Shown one piece after another: positions 9,256 to 18,927 of a stretch of DNA of 64,000 nucleotides. The notes beneath the pieces were generated by a model that made no database searches, had not been told where the DNA came from, and saw only the letters and a list, made by a program, of their open reading frames with translations. Position numbers and translations under genes: made by a program. The number at the start of each line of letters is the position of its first letter. Positions within the stretch are counted from its first letter, which is position 1. This DNA is from Clostridia bacterium (GTDB lineage Bacteria; Bacillota; Clostridia; Oscillospirales; UBA644), in contig JAGASR010000004.1 in the NCBI GenBank assembly GCA_017621705.1, positions 10,633-74,632 of the forward strand, given 5' to 3'.

Positions 9256-10353
9256 ATGAAAAAGATCATTCTTGCACCGGATTCATTCAAGGGCTCATTA
9301 TCTTCATCCGATGCCTGTGACGCTATGGCGGCCGCCATAGAAAAATGCGGTGATTTCAATGTTTTGCGTTTCCCAATAGCTGACGGGGGAGAGGGGACGC
9401 TCGATGTCCTTATTTCGGCGCTCGGCGGAGAATATAAAAAGATCGAAGTCTCTGATCCGCTCGGCAGACCGATCTGCGCATCTTTCGGCATCTGCGGCAA
9501 GGTCGCGATAATCGAAAGCGCACGCGCCTGCGGTCTTCCTCTTCTTGATGAAAATGAAAAAGATCCGCTTCTGACTACTACATACGGTGTCGGTCAGCTC
9601 GTTTCTGCGGCTCTTGATGAAAATATAGAAGAAATTTATTTGACGCTCGGCGGTTCCTCGACAAACGATTGCGGTACGGGCTTCCTTTCCGCTCTCGGAG
9701 GGAAATTTTACGGCGACGGTCTTTCCCCGTTCCTTTGCGGCGGCGATCTTGATAAAATAACAAGTATCGATATGTCGGGTCTTGATGAACGTCTGAAAAA
9801 AGTTAGAATAACCGCCGTTTGCGACGTCGAAAATCCTCTTTTCGGAAAAAACGGCGCGGCATACGTCTTTGCTCCGCAAAAAGGTGCGGATGAGAAATGC
9901 GTTAAAAAATTGGATGACGGGCTCAGAAGTTTCGCAAAAGTCGTCGAAAACTGTCTTGATAAAGATATTTCATCTGTGAAAGGTGCAGGCGCCGCAGGCG
10001 GTCTCGGTGCCGCTCTTAGTCTTCTCGGCGCAAAGATGCAAAAGGGTTGTGAAATGATCCTTTCGCTCGTCGATTTTGATTCTGCGCTTTGCGACTGCGA
10101 TCTTGTTTTGACAGGGGAGGGGAGCTTCGATTCGCAGAGTTTTATGGGCAAAGCTGTCGGCAGTATTTACGGTCATGCGAATGAGAAAAAAATCCCTGTC
10201 GCCGTATTCGCGGGAAAGGTTGAAAATTTTACCGAAACGGATGGACTTTCTGCGATCTGCATCACCCCCGAAGGTCAAAATCTCGATGATGCAATGAAAA
10301 ATGCGTATCAGAATCTTTTTGATGCCGTATATAATTTTATAAAGAAGGAGTAA
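9256..10353 (+). CDS. glxK: Glycerate kinase
   Basis: APDSFKGSLSS and ADGGEGT motifs. ATG 9256 has a GGAGG RBS. The track ORF begins 39 nt upstream. Confidence 0.9.
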   Translation: MKKIILAPDSFKGSLSSSDACDAMAAAIEKCGDFNVLRFPIADGGEGTLDVLISALGGEYKKIEVSDPLGRPICASFGICGKVAIIESARACGLPLLDENEKDPLLTTTYGVGQLVSAALDENIEEIYLTLGGSSTNDCGTGFLSALGGKFYGDGLSPFLCGGDLDKITSIDMSGLDERLKKVRITAVCDVENPLFGKNGAAYVFAPQKGADEKCVKKLDDGLRSFAKVVENCLDKDISSVKGAGAAGGLGAALSLLGAKMQKGCEMILSLVDFDSALCDCDLVLTGEGSFDSQSFMGKAVGSIYGHANEKKIPVAVFAGKVENFTETDGLSAICITPEGQNLDDAMKNAYQNLFDAVYNFIKKE

Positions 10354-10359
10354 ACTGCT

Positions 10360-11760
10360 ATGAAAAAGATCAGATTTTTATTTTTGCTCTTATTGGTTTT
10401 TGCTTTTTGCGGTTGTCAGACTTCCGAACAGATTTCTTCGGGGCTTGATTCCGCTTTCGGCAGTCAAAATCTCGTTGGACAGACCTTGACCGTATCTACA
10501 AATGACGGGCTCTCGGGCAAAACGTATCTTGGCTATAATACAGGGTCTTATTTCGGCGATATGGCGATGAAGAGAGTCATGGATGTAGAAGAGAAATTCA
10601 ACTGCAAGTTGAATATGATCAACGAACCCGATCTTGCATCACAGCTTCTTATGCACTCTGCGGCAGGTTCATCTCCCGTTGATTTTGCGATAATGGAGGA
10701 TTTTGACCGTACTCTTCCCCGTAGCGGACTTTTATGCCCGATATCCGAGCTCTCGGGGCATATAGATTATTCCGATTCTAAAAAATGGGGCGCCGAAAAC
10801 CTGCTCACTCCGCTTGCCTGGGACGGAAAATTATATGGTGTTATTCCCGTTGCATGGCCTGAATACAGCCTTACCGCCGTTGATTTTGCTATCGTTTCAA
10901 ATACGGATGCCATCAGATCTTCGGGTCACACCGATCCCCGTGAATATGTCGAAAGCGGCGACTGGACAAGAGAAAAATTTGCGGAATGCGTAAACGATTA
11001 TTATTCCAAAGTTTTAACGACCTCACATTACGGACTCGGCGTTTATGATCCTCACTTTTACGAAATGGCGCTTTATTCTTCGGGCGCTTGCGCCGCAATC
11101 GAAACGGATAACGGCTGGATCAGCGGCATTCATACCGCAGAGGGTCAGGAAGCGCTCGAATGGGCAAGAAAGTTTTTGAATGTCACCTGTAAATACAGCG
11201 TTTTTCATTCCGACGATCCTGCAGCACCCGGCGTTCAGATATTCAACGAAGGGCTGATAAAGCTTCTTTTGTGCAGAACGACGAATGCGTTTTTCTCAAA
11301 TGATCCGCAATATGAAAAAACTTTTTCTTATGATATCGAAAATTACGGTATAATTCCTTTCCCGACAGCTCCGAATATGGATTCGGATTATTGGACAGGC
11401 ATATATGAAAGCGCCGCAAACGTCCTTGTTTTCCCCGTTCTTTCCGAAAGCAAGGACGTTGCCGCTATGATTGCAAATGAGATTTTTGAGCCTTTCGAAA
11501 ATTACCCGACGTCTTCTCTCGATAAGCTTTATCTCGATACGCTGTTTTTCGATGTTCGGGATGTCGAATTGATGTCTCAGTTTGTCGCTAACTGTTCGTA
11601 TTCTTTTGCCGATGAGGGCTTGAGATACGTCTCGCAGATGTGTTCATCTGAAAATAAGAGCATCGCTCAGATCCTTGAAGCGACCGAGGATGTTTATCAG
11701 ACGTATATCGATGAAAATATTGCGCCCGTAATGGATTCTTTGGGCGTTGTCTTCAAATAA
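10360..11760 (+). CDS. Extracellular solute-binding lipoprotein (ABC type)
   Basis: Lipobox FAFCGC. Size and composition fit carbohydrate solute-binding proteins. No permease genes are adjacent. Confidence 0.7.
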   Translation: MKKIRFLFLLLLVFAFCGCQTSEQISSGLDSAFGSQNLVGQTLTVSTNDGLSGKTYLGYNTGSYFGDMAMKRVMDVEEKFNCKLNMINEPDLASQLLMHSAAGSSPVDFAIMEDFDRTLPRSGLLCPISELSGHIDYSDSKKWGAENLLTPLAWDGKLYGVIPVAWPEYSLTAVDFAIVSNTDAIRSSGHTDPREYVESGDWTREKFAECVNDYYSKVLTTSHYGLGVYDPHFYEMALYSSGACAAIETDNGWISGIHTAEGQEALEWARKFLNVTCKYSVFHSDDPAAPGVQIFNEGLIKLLLCRTTNAFFSNDPQYEKTFSYDIENYGIIPFPTAPNMDSDYWTGIYESAANVLVFPVLSESKDVAAMIANEIFEPFENYPTSSLDKLYLDTLFFDVRDVELMSQFVANCSYSFADEGLRYVSQMCSSENKSIAQILEATEDVYQTYIDENIAPVMDSLGVVFK

Positions 11761-11765
11761 AAATA

Positions 11766-11815
11766 ATCCCATATCGTTTTCTGTTTTTACAGATTTTGCG
11801 ATATGGGATCTTTTT
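11766..11815. terminator. Terminator hairpin between convergent genes
   Basis: atcccatatcg / cgatatgggat stem, with T5 on the plus side. Confidence 0.65.
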
Positions 11816-11857
11816 ATGTTTTAAAATACGTTTTTGCGGAATCCGCACGTCTGAAAA

Positions 11858-13243
11858 TCAGTTGTTTTCTTCGATATCCCAGGTTATATTTTTATCGATC
11901 TCAGACTGAACCTGCTCTCTGATCTCGGAAAATACCTGAGTAGGCGTGCTCTTGCCTTGAATTGCTTTGACAAGAGTATCCTGAACTTTATTGATAACTG
12001 CATTAAGTTCGACGGAATAGTTATAGTTTGCGTTTTCAAGGAAATAGAGATAGTTTTCAAGGTCTTTATCGTGATAGAAAATGCTCTGACCGACCCAGTC
12101 TTTCCATCCGCCGGAATCATCGAGAGGTTCAAACATGAAGTCAAGTACGAGCCCCAGATCTTCCATGGAGTTTTCGCTGTAAGCGAGAACCCAGTTGAGT
12201 CTTCTGCCTTTATGCACGAATGCGGATGTATCTTCGGGACTTCCGTTCGGACCGTACGGGTAGCCTATGAGACCGTATTCAAAATCTCCGTATGGTGCAT
12301 AGTCTGTTCCGGAATTTATGCTGTCATAAAAATGGGTCGCATAATACGTTTCGCCTGAAAGAATGCCGACATTTTCATCAAAAGTGAACTGACCTGCCGA
12401 ACCGGAATTGTAAAGATCAGAATCCCAGAGTTTATTAAGAAAATCGAGAACCTCTACGCCTTCGGGACAATCATAGCCAAATGTATTTCTTCCGTTCTGA
12501 GTAACAACGGTTTTTAATCCGTTTGTGTACATAAAGCTGTGAATATCGCCTCTTGTGCTTTCAAGAGATATCCAGGGATGAAGCTGCATATCTGTGGTTG
12601 ATGCCGCCTGAACTTCAAGAAGAAGTTTTTCAAAGTTTTCCCAGTTCCACACACCGTCTTCCTGATATTCATGGGGATTTGCTATACCGTTAACGGCAAG
12701 AAGCTCGTTATTGAATATCATCGCGCCTGCGAGTTCCGGCGGAAATTCCCATGCGTACTGATAAAAACCGTACTGTCTCTGGTCGTATCTGCCGTACTGA
12801 AGGAATGCTTTTGTTCCCCATTTTTCGTCTTCGATATTGATGCCGGGGATATCTTCAAGGCAGTAGAGAAGATTTGCTTTGTAGCACTGTATACCGCCGT
12901 TTTCGGAATGAGAGTCGAGAATATCGATGGTCGGAAGACCTGCGGCAATCGTCTGAATTATTTTTGATGAACCGTCTTCCCATGCTTCGACGGTAAAATC
13001 ACAGCCGTATTTATCTTTGAGATCTTTAACTCTTTTGATCGTTTTATCACCCGCACTGCTGAAACCCGATTCGGGCATAAGCTGCTTCGGCCATGAACTT
13101 CCCCAGGTGAATGTAAGCCCCGTAAGATCTTTTTCGTATGCCTCATCGAGAGGTCTGTCGAAAACTTCTTCTTCCTCTGCGCATGATATCATGGAAAATG
13201 CAAAAATCGATATCAATAATAAACAAATAACTCTTTTCATCAA
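11858..13243 (-). CDS. Extracellular solute-binding lipoprotein (ABC type)
   Basis: Lipobox SMISC. Paralogous in architecture to 10360-11760. Confidence 0.7.
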   Translation of the reverse strand: MMKRVICLLLISIFAFSMISCAEEEEVFDRPLDEAYEKDLTGLTFTWGSSWPKQLMPESGFSSAGDKTIKRVKDLKDKYGCDFTVEAWEDGSSKIIQTIAAGLPTIDILDSHSENGGIQCYKANLLYCLEDIPGINIEDEKWGTKAFLQYGRYDQRQYGFYQYAWEFPPELAGAMIFNNELLAVNGIANPHEYQEDGVWNWENFEKLLLEVQAASTTDMQLHPWISLESTRGDIHSFMYTNGLKTVVTQNGRNTFGYDCPEGVEVLDFLNKLWDSDLYNSGSAGQFTFDENVGILSGETYYATHFYDSINSGTDYAPYGDFEYGLIGYPYGPNGSPEDTSAFVHKGRRLNWVLAYSENSMEDLGLVLDFMFEPLDDSGGWKDWVGQSIFYHDKDLENYLYFLENANYNYSVELNAVINKVQDTLVKAIQGKSTPTQVFSEIREQVQSEIDKNITWDIEENN

Positions 13244-13321
13244 TAAATGCTCCTTGAATTGTTGATTTTGTATAGATTATATCATATCAAAAAAATTTTG
13301 TCTATACTCTTAATAAATTTT

Positions 13322-14038
13322 TTATCGGATTATTCCGGCTATCCCTTTCACTGCGAGCAAAACGGCGCTGTTTATAAACGTTTCGTATTCCTCTCTCGTC
13401 ATTAAAATAAACGGGTGCGGAGACGCTTCTTTTTTCGGGATCTGTCCCATAACTCCGATCTTTCGAACGATTGCGCCGTGGGGGAGATAGTCGATATAAT
13501 CTGGAAAATCTTTCAGGGGAACGATCTCCGTCAAAAAGCCCGAATCGGGGTGAGCTTCGAGATATTCAGCCTCGATCGTCGAAATATCAGCCATACGCTC
13601 TTTCTTGCCGATCAATATTTTTGCTGAATCGAAATTTTCTTCCATTCCGACTGCTTTCGGTGCAAGTTCAGGATCTTTTTTTATCCTTTGCCACGATGCC
13701 GCAACACGCTCTTCGTCTCTTATATATCTCTGAAATTCCGCATCGGCAACAAGGTGTGCATAATATCCGAGTAAAAACGAAAGTTCGTTTTCGGAGCTGA
13801 TCTTATCTTTTCGTTTTACTATATATTCATCCAAAAATCTTTCGCAGTCCGCGGCAACTTTTTTGCCCGAAGTCATCCAGTGCGTAATTTCTCTCGGCGG
13901 AGTGAACGCAGTCCAGTCCTCGTTTTCGACGTTGCAGTCGGGCGCGATATTGCCGACACAAAACTCATTTCTTTTTAACGTCGGCAAAGCCTCCAGAATT
14001 TTATCCGCGATCATCAGATGAGTGACCCACGATGCCAT
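13322..14038 (-). CDS. Zinc-dependent phospholipase C-like family protein (function unknown)
   Basis: N-terminal SWVTHLMIADK and YYAHLVADAEF histidine motifs. Recognised by eye only. Confidence 0.5.
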   Translation of the reverse strand: MASWVTHLMIADKILEALPTLKRNEFCVGNIAPDCNVENEDWTAFTPPREITHWMTSGKKVAADCERFLDEYIVKRKDKISSENELSFLLGYYAHLVADAEFQRYIRDEERVAASWQRIKKDPELAPKAVGMEENFDSAKILIGKKERMADISTIEAEYLEAHPDSGFLTEIVPLKDFPDYIDYLPHGAIVRKIGVMGQIPKKEASPHPFILMTREEYETFINSAVLLAVKGIAGIIR

Positions 14039-14050
14039 AGTTTTTCTCCT

Positions 14051-14803
14051 TTATCTTTTCTTCGAGCCGATCTCGACCCATGCAGGGCGAAAACCGCAGT
14101 TCAATGCGATGTTCCATGAGTGATAATTCGAAAGACTCGTTCCGTAGAACGGAATATCTCCGTTTTCTTCTATCTTTTTGCGTAAAATGCTGACAAGATT
14201 CGTTCCGATGCCGCTTGAACGGTATCCCTGCATGACGTCGATTCCGATCTGCATCCAATGCGGCGCATCTTCCGAACAGCCTGCCATGCCGACGATCTTT
14301 CCGTTATCGTATGCGCAGACAACGAGCCTGTCGGGCCGTGTCGGCGTGAATTCCTCGCAGATGGCGTTCGGAAAACGTTCGTCACCGTAAAACTGCATGA
14401 TCTCTTCATCGAAAAACCATCTGATCTCAAACGGAAAAGGCTTGTCCCGCTTTATCTTTTGAGCCGGTAAAAACATATGGTGAGAAGCTGTCAAAGTATG
14501 GCCGAATTTATTCAGCTCCCGCTCAAGTCCGAGAATGTTCGGTTGTTCGAAAAGCCAGTGACCGCAACGGTTTGCAATAAATTTTTCAAGGAAAGGATGC
14601 AGACATTCGTCGGCTGTGATGACTGCATTATTGCCCGTCGTTACCATATGAAAAAAGTATTTTTCGGGGCTGTAGATGCGTCGTCCGTCAATTATTTTCG
14701 AGACGGTAAGGATATTTTTGTCCTTTTTGAAATCATCTGGCGAGCAGTTATATTCGAGTGCGAGCAAACCGTAAAGCGTTTTTTGAAGTTCTTTTTTCAT
14801 CAT
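14051..14803 (-). CDS. GNAT family N-acetyltransferase
   Basis: C-terminal acetyl-CoA motif QGYRSSGIGTNLV. ATGA overlap with the upstream gene. Confidence 0.8.
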   Translation of the reverse strand: MMKKELQKTLYGLLALEYNCSPDDFKKDKNILTVSKIIDGRRIYSPEKYFFHMVTTGNNAVITADECLHPFLEKFIANRCGHWLFEQPNILGLERELNKFGHTLTASHHMFLPAQKIKRDKPFPFEIRWFFDEEIMQFYGDERFPNAICEEFTPTRPDRLVVCAYDNGKIVGMAGCSEDAPHWMQIGIDVMQGYRSSGIGTNLVSILRKKIEENGDIPFYGTSLSNYHSWNIALNCGFRPAWVEIGSKKR

Positions 14804-15288
14804 TCGTTGATTATTTTAATCTGGCACATCTTCATCGCTTCGAGCGCGTTTTTATGGCTCTGAGGCGTAACGCCTGCGCAACATGAAGCATCCACCGTGA
14901 TCTCCGATTCGGGCACGGCGGCTTTCGTTGCAATAACGTTCGAAATGACGCATATATCCGTGCAAAGTCCGATAAATTCAATACTTTCGTAATTTTCTTT
15001 TCTGATATGATCCGCAAGTTCGAGTGAGCCGAACGTCACTTTTTTAAATGCTTTTACGGTCTTTCCGCTCCCCGCAAGCGCTTCGTCGACCTTTTTGTTT
15101 ATCTTCCAGCCGTCGGTGTTTTCAACGCAATGCATAACGGGCAGGTTTCTGCCTTCCTGCGTCGACATATAATTTCCCTGATGAGTATCAAGCGTGCAGA
15201 CAATATCTCCCTGCCAGCCGTTTATCTTTTTTACGACGTTTTCAACGATCGCCTCGGCTTCATTCGTTCCGAGCGCACCGTCAATAAA
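14800..15288 (-). CDS. Isochorismatase/nicotinamidase-family cysteine hydrolase, 3' exon
   Basis: The reading frame is open from FIDGALGTNEA... (15288) to the stop at 14800. It contains the catalytic-Cys context GLCTDICV. The track ORF shows only the part from Met 15168. Confidence 0.85.
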   Translation of the reverse strand, partial: FIDGALGTNEAEAIVENVVKKINGWQGDIVCTLDTHQGNYMSTQEGRNLPVMHCVENTDGWKINKKVDEALAGSGKTVKAFKKVTFGSLELADHIRKENYESIEFIGLCTDICVISNVIATKAAVPESEITVDASCCAGVTPQSHKNALEAMKMCQIKIINE

Positions 15289-15349
15289 GTAGAGTAGGAA
15301 GGTATCGCCTTGTCATATTACTATGATAGGTTTATACCAACCTCTCTCC

Positions 15350-15383
15350 GAACCGTACGTACACCTCTCGATGTATACGGCTC
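15350..15383 (-). ncRNA. Group II intron domain V
   Basis: The minus strand reads GAGCCGTATACATCGAGAGGTGTACGTACGGTTC, a 34-nt hairpin matching the GAGCCGUAU...ACGUACGGUUC consensus. A D6-like hairpin follows. Confidence 0.9.
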
Positions 15384-15394
15384 TCCATTACAAT

Positions 15395-17230
15395 TTAACT
15401 GTACTTATGAATGCTTCTATGACATTCTTCACACAGCACAAGCGTTTTCCTGTTCCTTGCAATCATTATCTGTTCCCAAGGCTCTTTACCTTTTAAGTCT
15501 TTGAGTTTGTGAATATGATGTATATTGAAAGGTACATTTTCTTTCCCACACATTTCGCATTTGTGTGCCATCATCCTTTGCTCTAATTCTGTTCTGTTGG
15601 CATACAATGCTGTGTTTACATTATTATCAATTTCATAGCTCTTTATTGGTGTATTGTTTTTCGCAAAACCTTGATTATAGAAATATCTAATCTTTCCAGT
15701 TTCGCTTTTGGTGTTATACCTAACACCCCAATTTTTACCAATTTTGTATTGTGTTTTTATCTTGGAAACGCTGGTTTTGTGTTTACCTGCCAACGTTTTC
15801 AAGCAACTATATTCCATCACATGATATATCATATCCATTCGTGATGATACATTTTCCGCCATAGCATAGTAATTGTATAATCCTCTGATTTCTGCATTGT
15901 AGGTGGTGACAATTTCCAAATCACTAAGGCATTGCAGGAAAGGTCTTGCTTTCCCACGCCAACTCTCAGCGTTTATGTCATCTACTACTTGTTTCTTTGT
16001 GATATACTCATACATTGTATCTTTCGGCATATACAAAGCAATTCCGTAGTTACCAACTCTGCGTTTTATTCCGTTTTTATCCTCAAAAAGTCTGTCATTT
16101 TGTCTGACTTGAATTTCGTAGTTTAGAAATCTTGCCCTGTCGCTGCTATGTGTTATCAATGTTTTTTCGTCTGACAAATCTAAATTTAAGCTTTGTTTGA
16201 GAAACTGTGCTATTTGTGTTTTAATTTCTTGACAGTCCTCTTTCGTTCCAAGCACGGCAATGATGAAGTCGTCAGCATATCTGACATATTGTAGATTTTT
16301 ATAACCCACAAGCCCCTTTTGTGCTGGTATGCGATACCGTTGTTTCTTGATGCTTTTGTACTTGTCAATTAACTGTTTTCGCTGTTTATCCTGCTTATCC
16401 AATTTATCTATCTGCTTCTCTAATGCTTGCATTTGGTGCATGAGTTTCAGATAATCAGGATTGTGTACCTTGTTATGCTTGGCTTCGCCCTTATTGAATT
16501 GTGTCAAGGTTTGCTTAATAACATTCTCAATATAGTCATCAAACTCATTCATGTATATGTTAGCAAGTATAGGACTGATAATTCCACCTTGCGGAGTACC
16601 ACTGAATGTGTTATTAAATTTCCAATCTTCTATATATCCTGCCTTCAAGAATTTCCAGATAAGCCTTATAAACCGTTCATCCTTAATCCTTTTCCGTAAG
16701 ATATTTATCAAGATTTGATGATTTATATTGTCAAAGCAACCTTCTATATCACCTTCAATGAACCAATTTGCGCCTCTAAATGTATTTTTGACTTGTTTAA
16801 GTGCTGTATGACAGCTCTTATTCGGTCTAAATCCATGTGAGTTCTCTGAAAATATCGGCTCATAGACGGCTTCCAAAACCATACGACATACTTCTTGAAG
16901 TAATCTATCATAGAAGTTGGGTATTCCCAAAGGTCTTGTTTTTCCATTCTTTTTGGGAATATAGGTTCGTCTCACCGGTTTTACTTGATAACTTTCATCT
17001 TTCAAGGCATTGATAATATTTTGAACTTTGACTTCATTAAATCCGTCTGCCGTTTCACTATCTGTTCCGTGAGTAGAACTTCCCTTGTTACTATAGATAT
17101 TACAGTATGCTTTTACATACATATCGGGATTACAGAGAATTCTATACAATCTACTAAATTGATAATTTTTATCTTGCGCTTGTTTGGACAGTTCAATTAA
17201 AACCTTTTCTGAATTTCTCATGGGGAACAT
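15395..17230 (-). CDS. Group II intron reverse transcriptase/maturase with HNH endonuclease domain
   Basis: RT motifs (RPLGIPNFYDRLLQ, YADDFII), a maturase X region, and a C-terminal CEMCG...HHIH...CEECH HNH/zinc motif. Confidence 0.95.
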   Translation of the reverse strand: MFPMRNSEKVLIELSKQAQDKNYQFSRLYRILCNPDMYVKAYCNIYSNKGSSTHGTDSETADGFNEVKVQNIINALKDESYQVKPVRRTYIPKKNGKTRPLGIPNFYDRLLQEVCRMVLEAVYEPIFSENSHGFRPNKSCHTALKQVKNTFRGANWFIEGDIEGCFDNINHQILINILRKRIKDERFIRLIWKFLKAGYIEDWKFNNTFSGTPQGGIISPILANIYMNEFDDYIENVIKQTLTQFNKGEAKHNKVHNPDYLKLMHQMQALEKQIDKLDKQDKQRKQLIDKYKSIKKQRYRIPAQKGLVGYKNLQYVRYADDFIIAVLGTKEDCQEIKTQIAQFLKQSLNLDLSDEKTLITHSSDRARFLNYEIQVRQNDRLFEDKNGIKRRVGNYGIALYMPKDTMYEYITKKQVVDDINAESWRGKARPFLQCLSDLEIVTTYNAEIRGLYNYYAMAENVSSRMDMIYHVMEYSCLKTLAGKHKTSVSKIKTQYKIGKNWGVRYNTKSETGKIRYFYNQGFAKNNTPIKSYEIDNNVNTALYANRTELEQRMMAHKCEMCGKENVPFNIHHIHKLKDLKGKEPWEQIMIARNRKTLVLCEECHRSIHKYS

Positions 17231-17502
17231 CCTCCATTCGTCTTAGTTTTAATTTATTGTAATTGTTCTCCTTCGCCATGTAACAGGCTTTCCCTGTCTC
17301 GGACTACTACGAGAACTCCGTTGCCATACCGAATATTCAAATATCGTTATATTATAGCTTTGTGAGAGCATTTCGGTTTAGGCAATCCCCATTTAGTACG
17401 GTAATTGAAAGTATGTGATTGTTTTCGGATAATTCTTTGGCGTTTTTATATCTACTCGATATACGCAATAAGTCCTTTTACACTTAATTGTGTGAGAACC
17501 AC

Positions 17503-17546
17503 GGTTTACAAAACGACTTGTTGTAAACCGCATCGGTGTTATGCAA
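17503..17546 (-). other. Intron exon-binding sites EBS2 and EBS1
   Basis: On the minus strand, TTGCAT (17546-17541) pairs with IBS2 ATGCAG. GTCGTT (17517-17512) lies in the loop of the ggtttaca/tgtaaacc hairpin and pairs with IBS1 AACGAT. Each pairing includes one G-U pair. Confidence 0.7.
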
Positions 17547-17830
17547 GGGTTTGTCATAACACCAGACTTATACTGCCGTTTCAACTGGTTTCAGCAGTGC
17601 TATGCATTTGACTGCTCACGCTCGAATTTCAGATAGTTCAATCTTTATCCTCGTACAATCTTTTGTCTCGCCATTCAGTCGTGACATTCCAGTTAGTCAA
17701 CTTATGACTTTCTAACCATGCTACACTCCCTTGTAATGTTTCCATCCAAGATAAGGTTAGTGACATTATCTCAGTTCTCTTGAGATAGGAACACTTATTG
17801 TTCCATCAATTACCGCCCTTATGGGCGCAC

Positions 17831-18175
17831 ATCGTTCTGCATATCATAAAGATCCCGAAGAAATTGGTTGGTTTCTTTATTAACACGTATCAATTCATCT
17901 TTGTCGTTTTCGTGAAGATAAATCATCGCATCATAGATGGTAGGTTCGTCATTTAAAAAGGTTTCTATGGGATGTTCGATATACATCTGACAATACGATA
18001 AATAAGTTTCGTTATTTCGCAGGGAAACCGTGAAATTATTTGTGTTAAGAACGTTCGAATATGCGCCGACAAAGAAGAAAAAAGCAGAAAGGAACAAGAT
18101 CGTTATAATTGCAATATAAATCCATTTTCGCAGATTGTTCAGCGGTTCAAAAATGTAAAGAAATAATTTGTTCAT
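17831..18175 (-). CDS. 5' exon: N-terminally membrane-anchored 115-aa segment ending in ...DMQND
   Basis: Strong promoter and AAAGGAGGA RBS. One predicted TM helix (WIYIAIITILFLSAFFFFVGA). Phase-0 junction with the isochorismatase exon. The track ORF runs 3 codons into the intron. Confidence 0.7.
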
Positions 18176-18207
18176 AATGATCCTCCTTTGTTTTGCTTTT
18201 TTGTTTC

Positions 18208-18236
18208 ATTATAACATATTTTATCTTATTTGTAAA
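18208..18236 (-). promoter_or_regulatory. Sigma-A-type promoter with extended -10
   Basis: The minus strand reads TTTACA, a 17-nt spacer ending in TGT, then TATAAT. Lies ~30 nt upstream of the RBS and ATG at 18175. Confidence 0.7.
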
Positions 18237-18252
18237 GATTTTTTTGTAAATC

Positions 18253-18296
18253 AAAACCGCCGCATTACGTTAAATTAACGGTAATACGGCGGTTTT
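18253..18296 (-). terminator. Terminator hairpin after the SGNH hydrolase gene
   Basis: 16-bp stem aaaaccgccgcattac / gtaatacggcggtttt. Confidence 0.7.
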
Positions 18297-18303
18297 CGGT
18301 TAT

Positions 18304-18915
18304 TTATATGTTTTTACTTATGCTTTCGATAATAGTTTCCGCGAGAGCTTTATATCCGTCTGCGGTGAGGTGAACGCCGTCGCCGGAAAGGAAGTTCGGG
18401 TCGGATGCCGATGCGGAATAGAGGTCGATGATCTCAAGACCGTATTTATTTGCAACAGCGGTCGCCGCTTTGTTTCTTTTCTTAACACGCAGGTCACGCT
18501 CTTCGTCTCTGACATGGGTCGTTAAAACGATATAAAGAGGGATTCCCTTGAATTCTTCTATGAGGAATTTTACCATGTCTTCATAATATTCGGCGTATTC
18601 CGTTTCGTCATCGAGGTGCCAGCCGTGAAGCCCGTTGTTGAAAATGACAGCGTTTCTCTTCGTGAGCTGCGCCGCAAAATTATGAATAGCGCCTTTGAAA
18701 TACGGGTTGTCAACGGCTCTTGATGTTCCGAAATTATCGAAAAGAACCTTGCCCATGCCCGTTCCGATACCTCTCGTGCCGACGGAAATCGAGTCGCCGA
18801 TATGCAAAAGTCTTGCGGCGTTTTCGTTCTCTGAATGTTCGATCCATGTGTTGTCCCATTCAAAGGTTTCGAGCCTGCTTCTTAAATCGGTGTATTCGTA
18901 TGTCAGTTCGCTCAT
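18304..18915 (-). CDS. SGNH/GDSL hydrolase family protein
   Basis: Block I HIGDSISVG and block V DGVHLT. Confidence 0.85.
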   Translation of the reverse strand: MSELTYEYTDLRSRLETFEWDNTWIEHSENENAARLLHIGDSISVGTRGIGTGMGKVLFDNFGTSRAVDNPYFKGAIHNFAAQLTKRNAVIFNNGLHGWHLDDETEYAEYYEDMVKFLIEEFKGIPLYIVLTTHVRDEERDLRVKKRNKAATAVANKYGLEIIDLYSASASDPNFLSGDGVHLTADGYKALAETIIESISKNI

Positions 18916-18927
18916 TTTTATCTCCTT

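Larger units (their letters stand above)
15289..17830 (-). mobile_element. Group II intron (2542 nt) with intron-encoded protein
   Basis: The 5' end is GTGCGCCC (17830 downward) and the 3' end is ...CCTACTCTAC (15289). It has a canonical domain V, an RT/maturase/HNH ORF, and EBS1/EBS2 complementary to the 5' flank. Confidence 0.93.
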
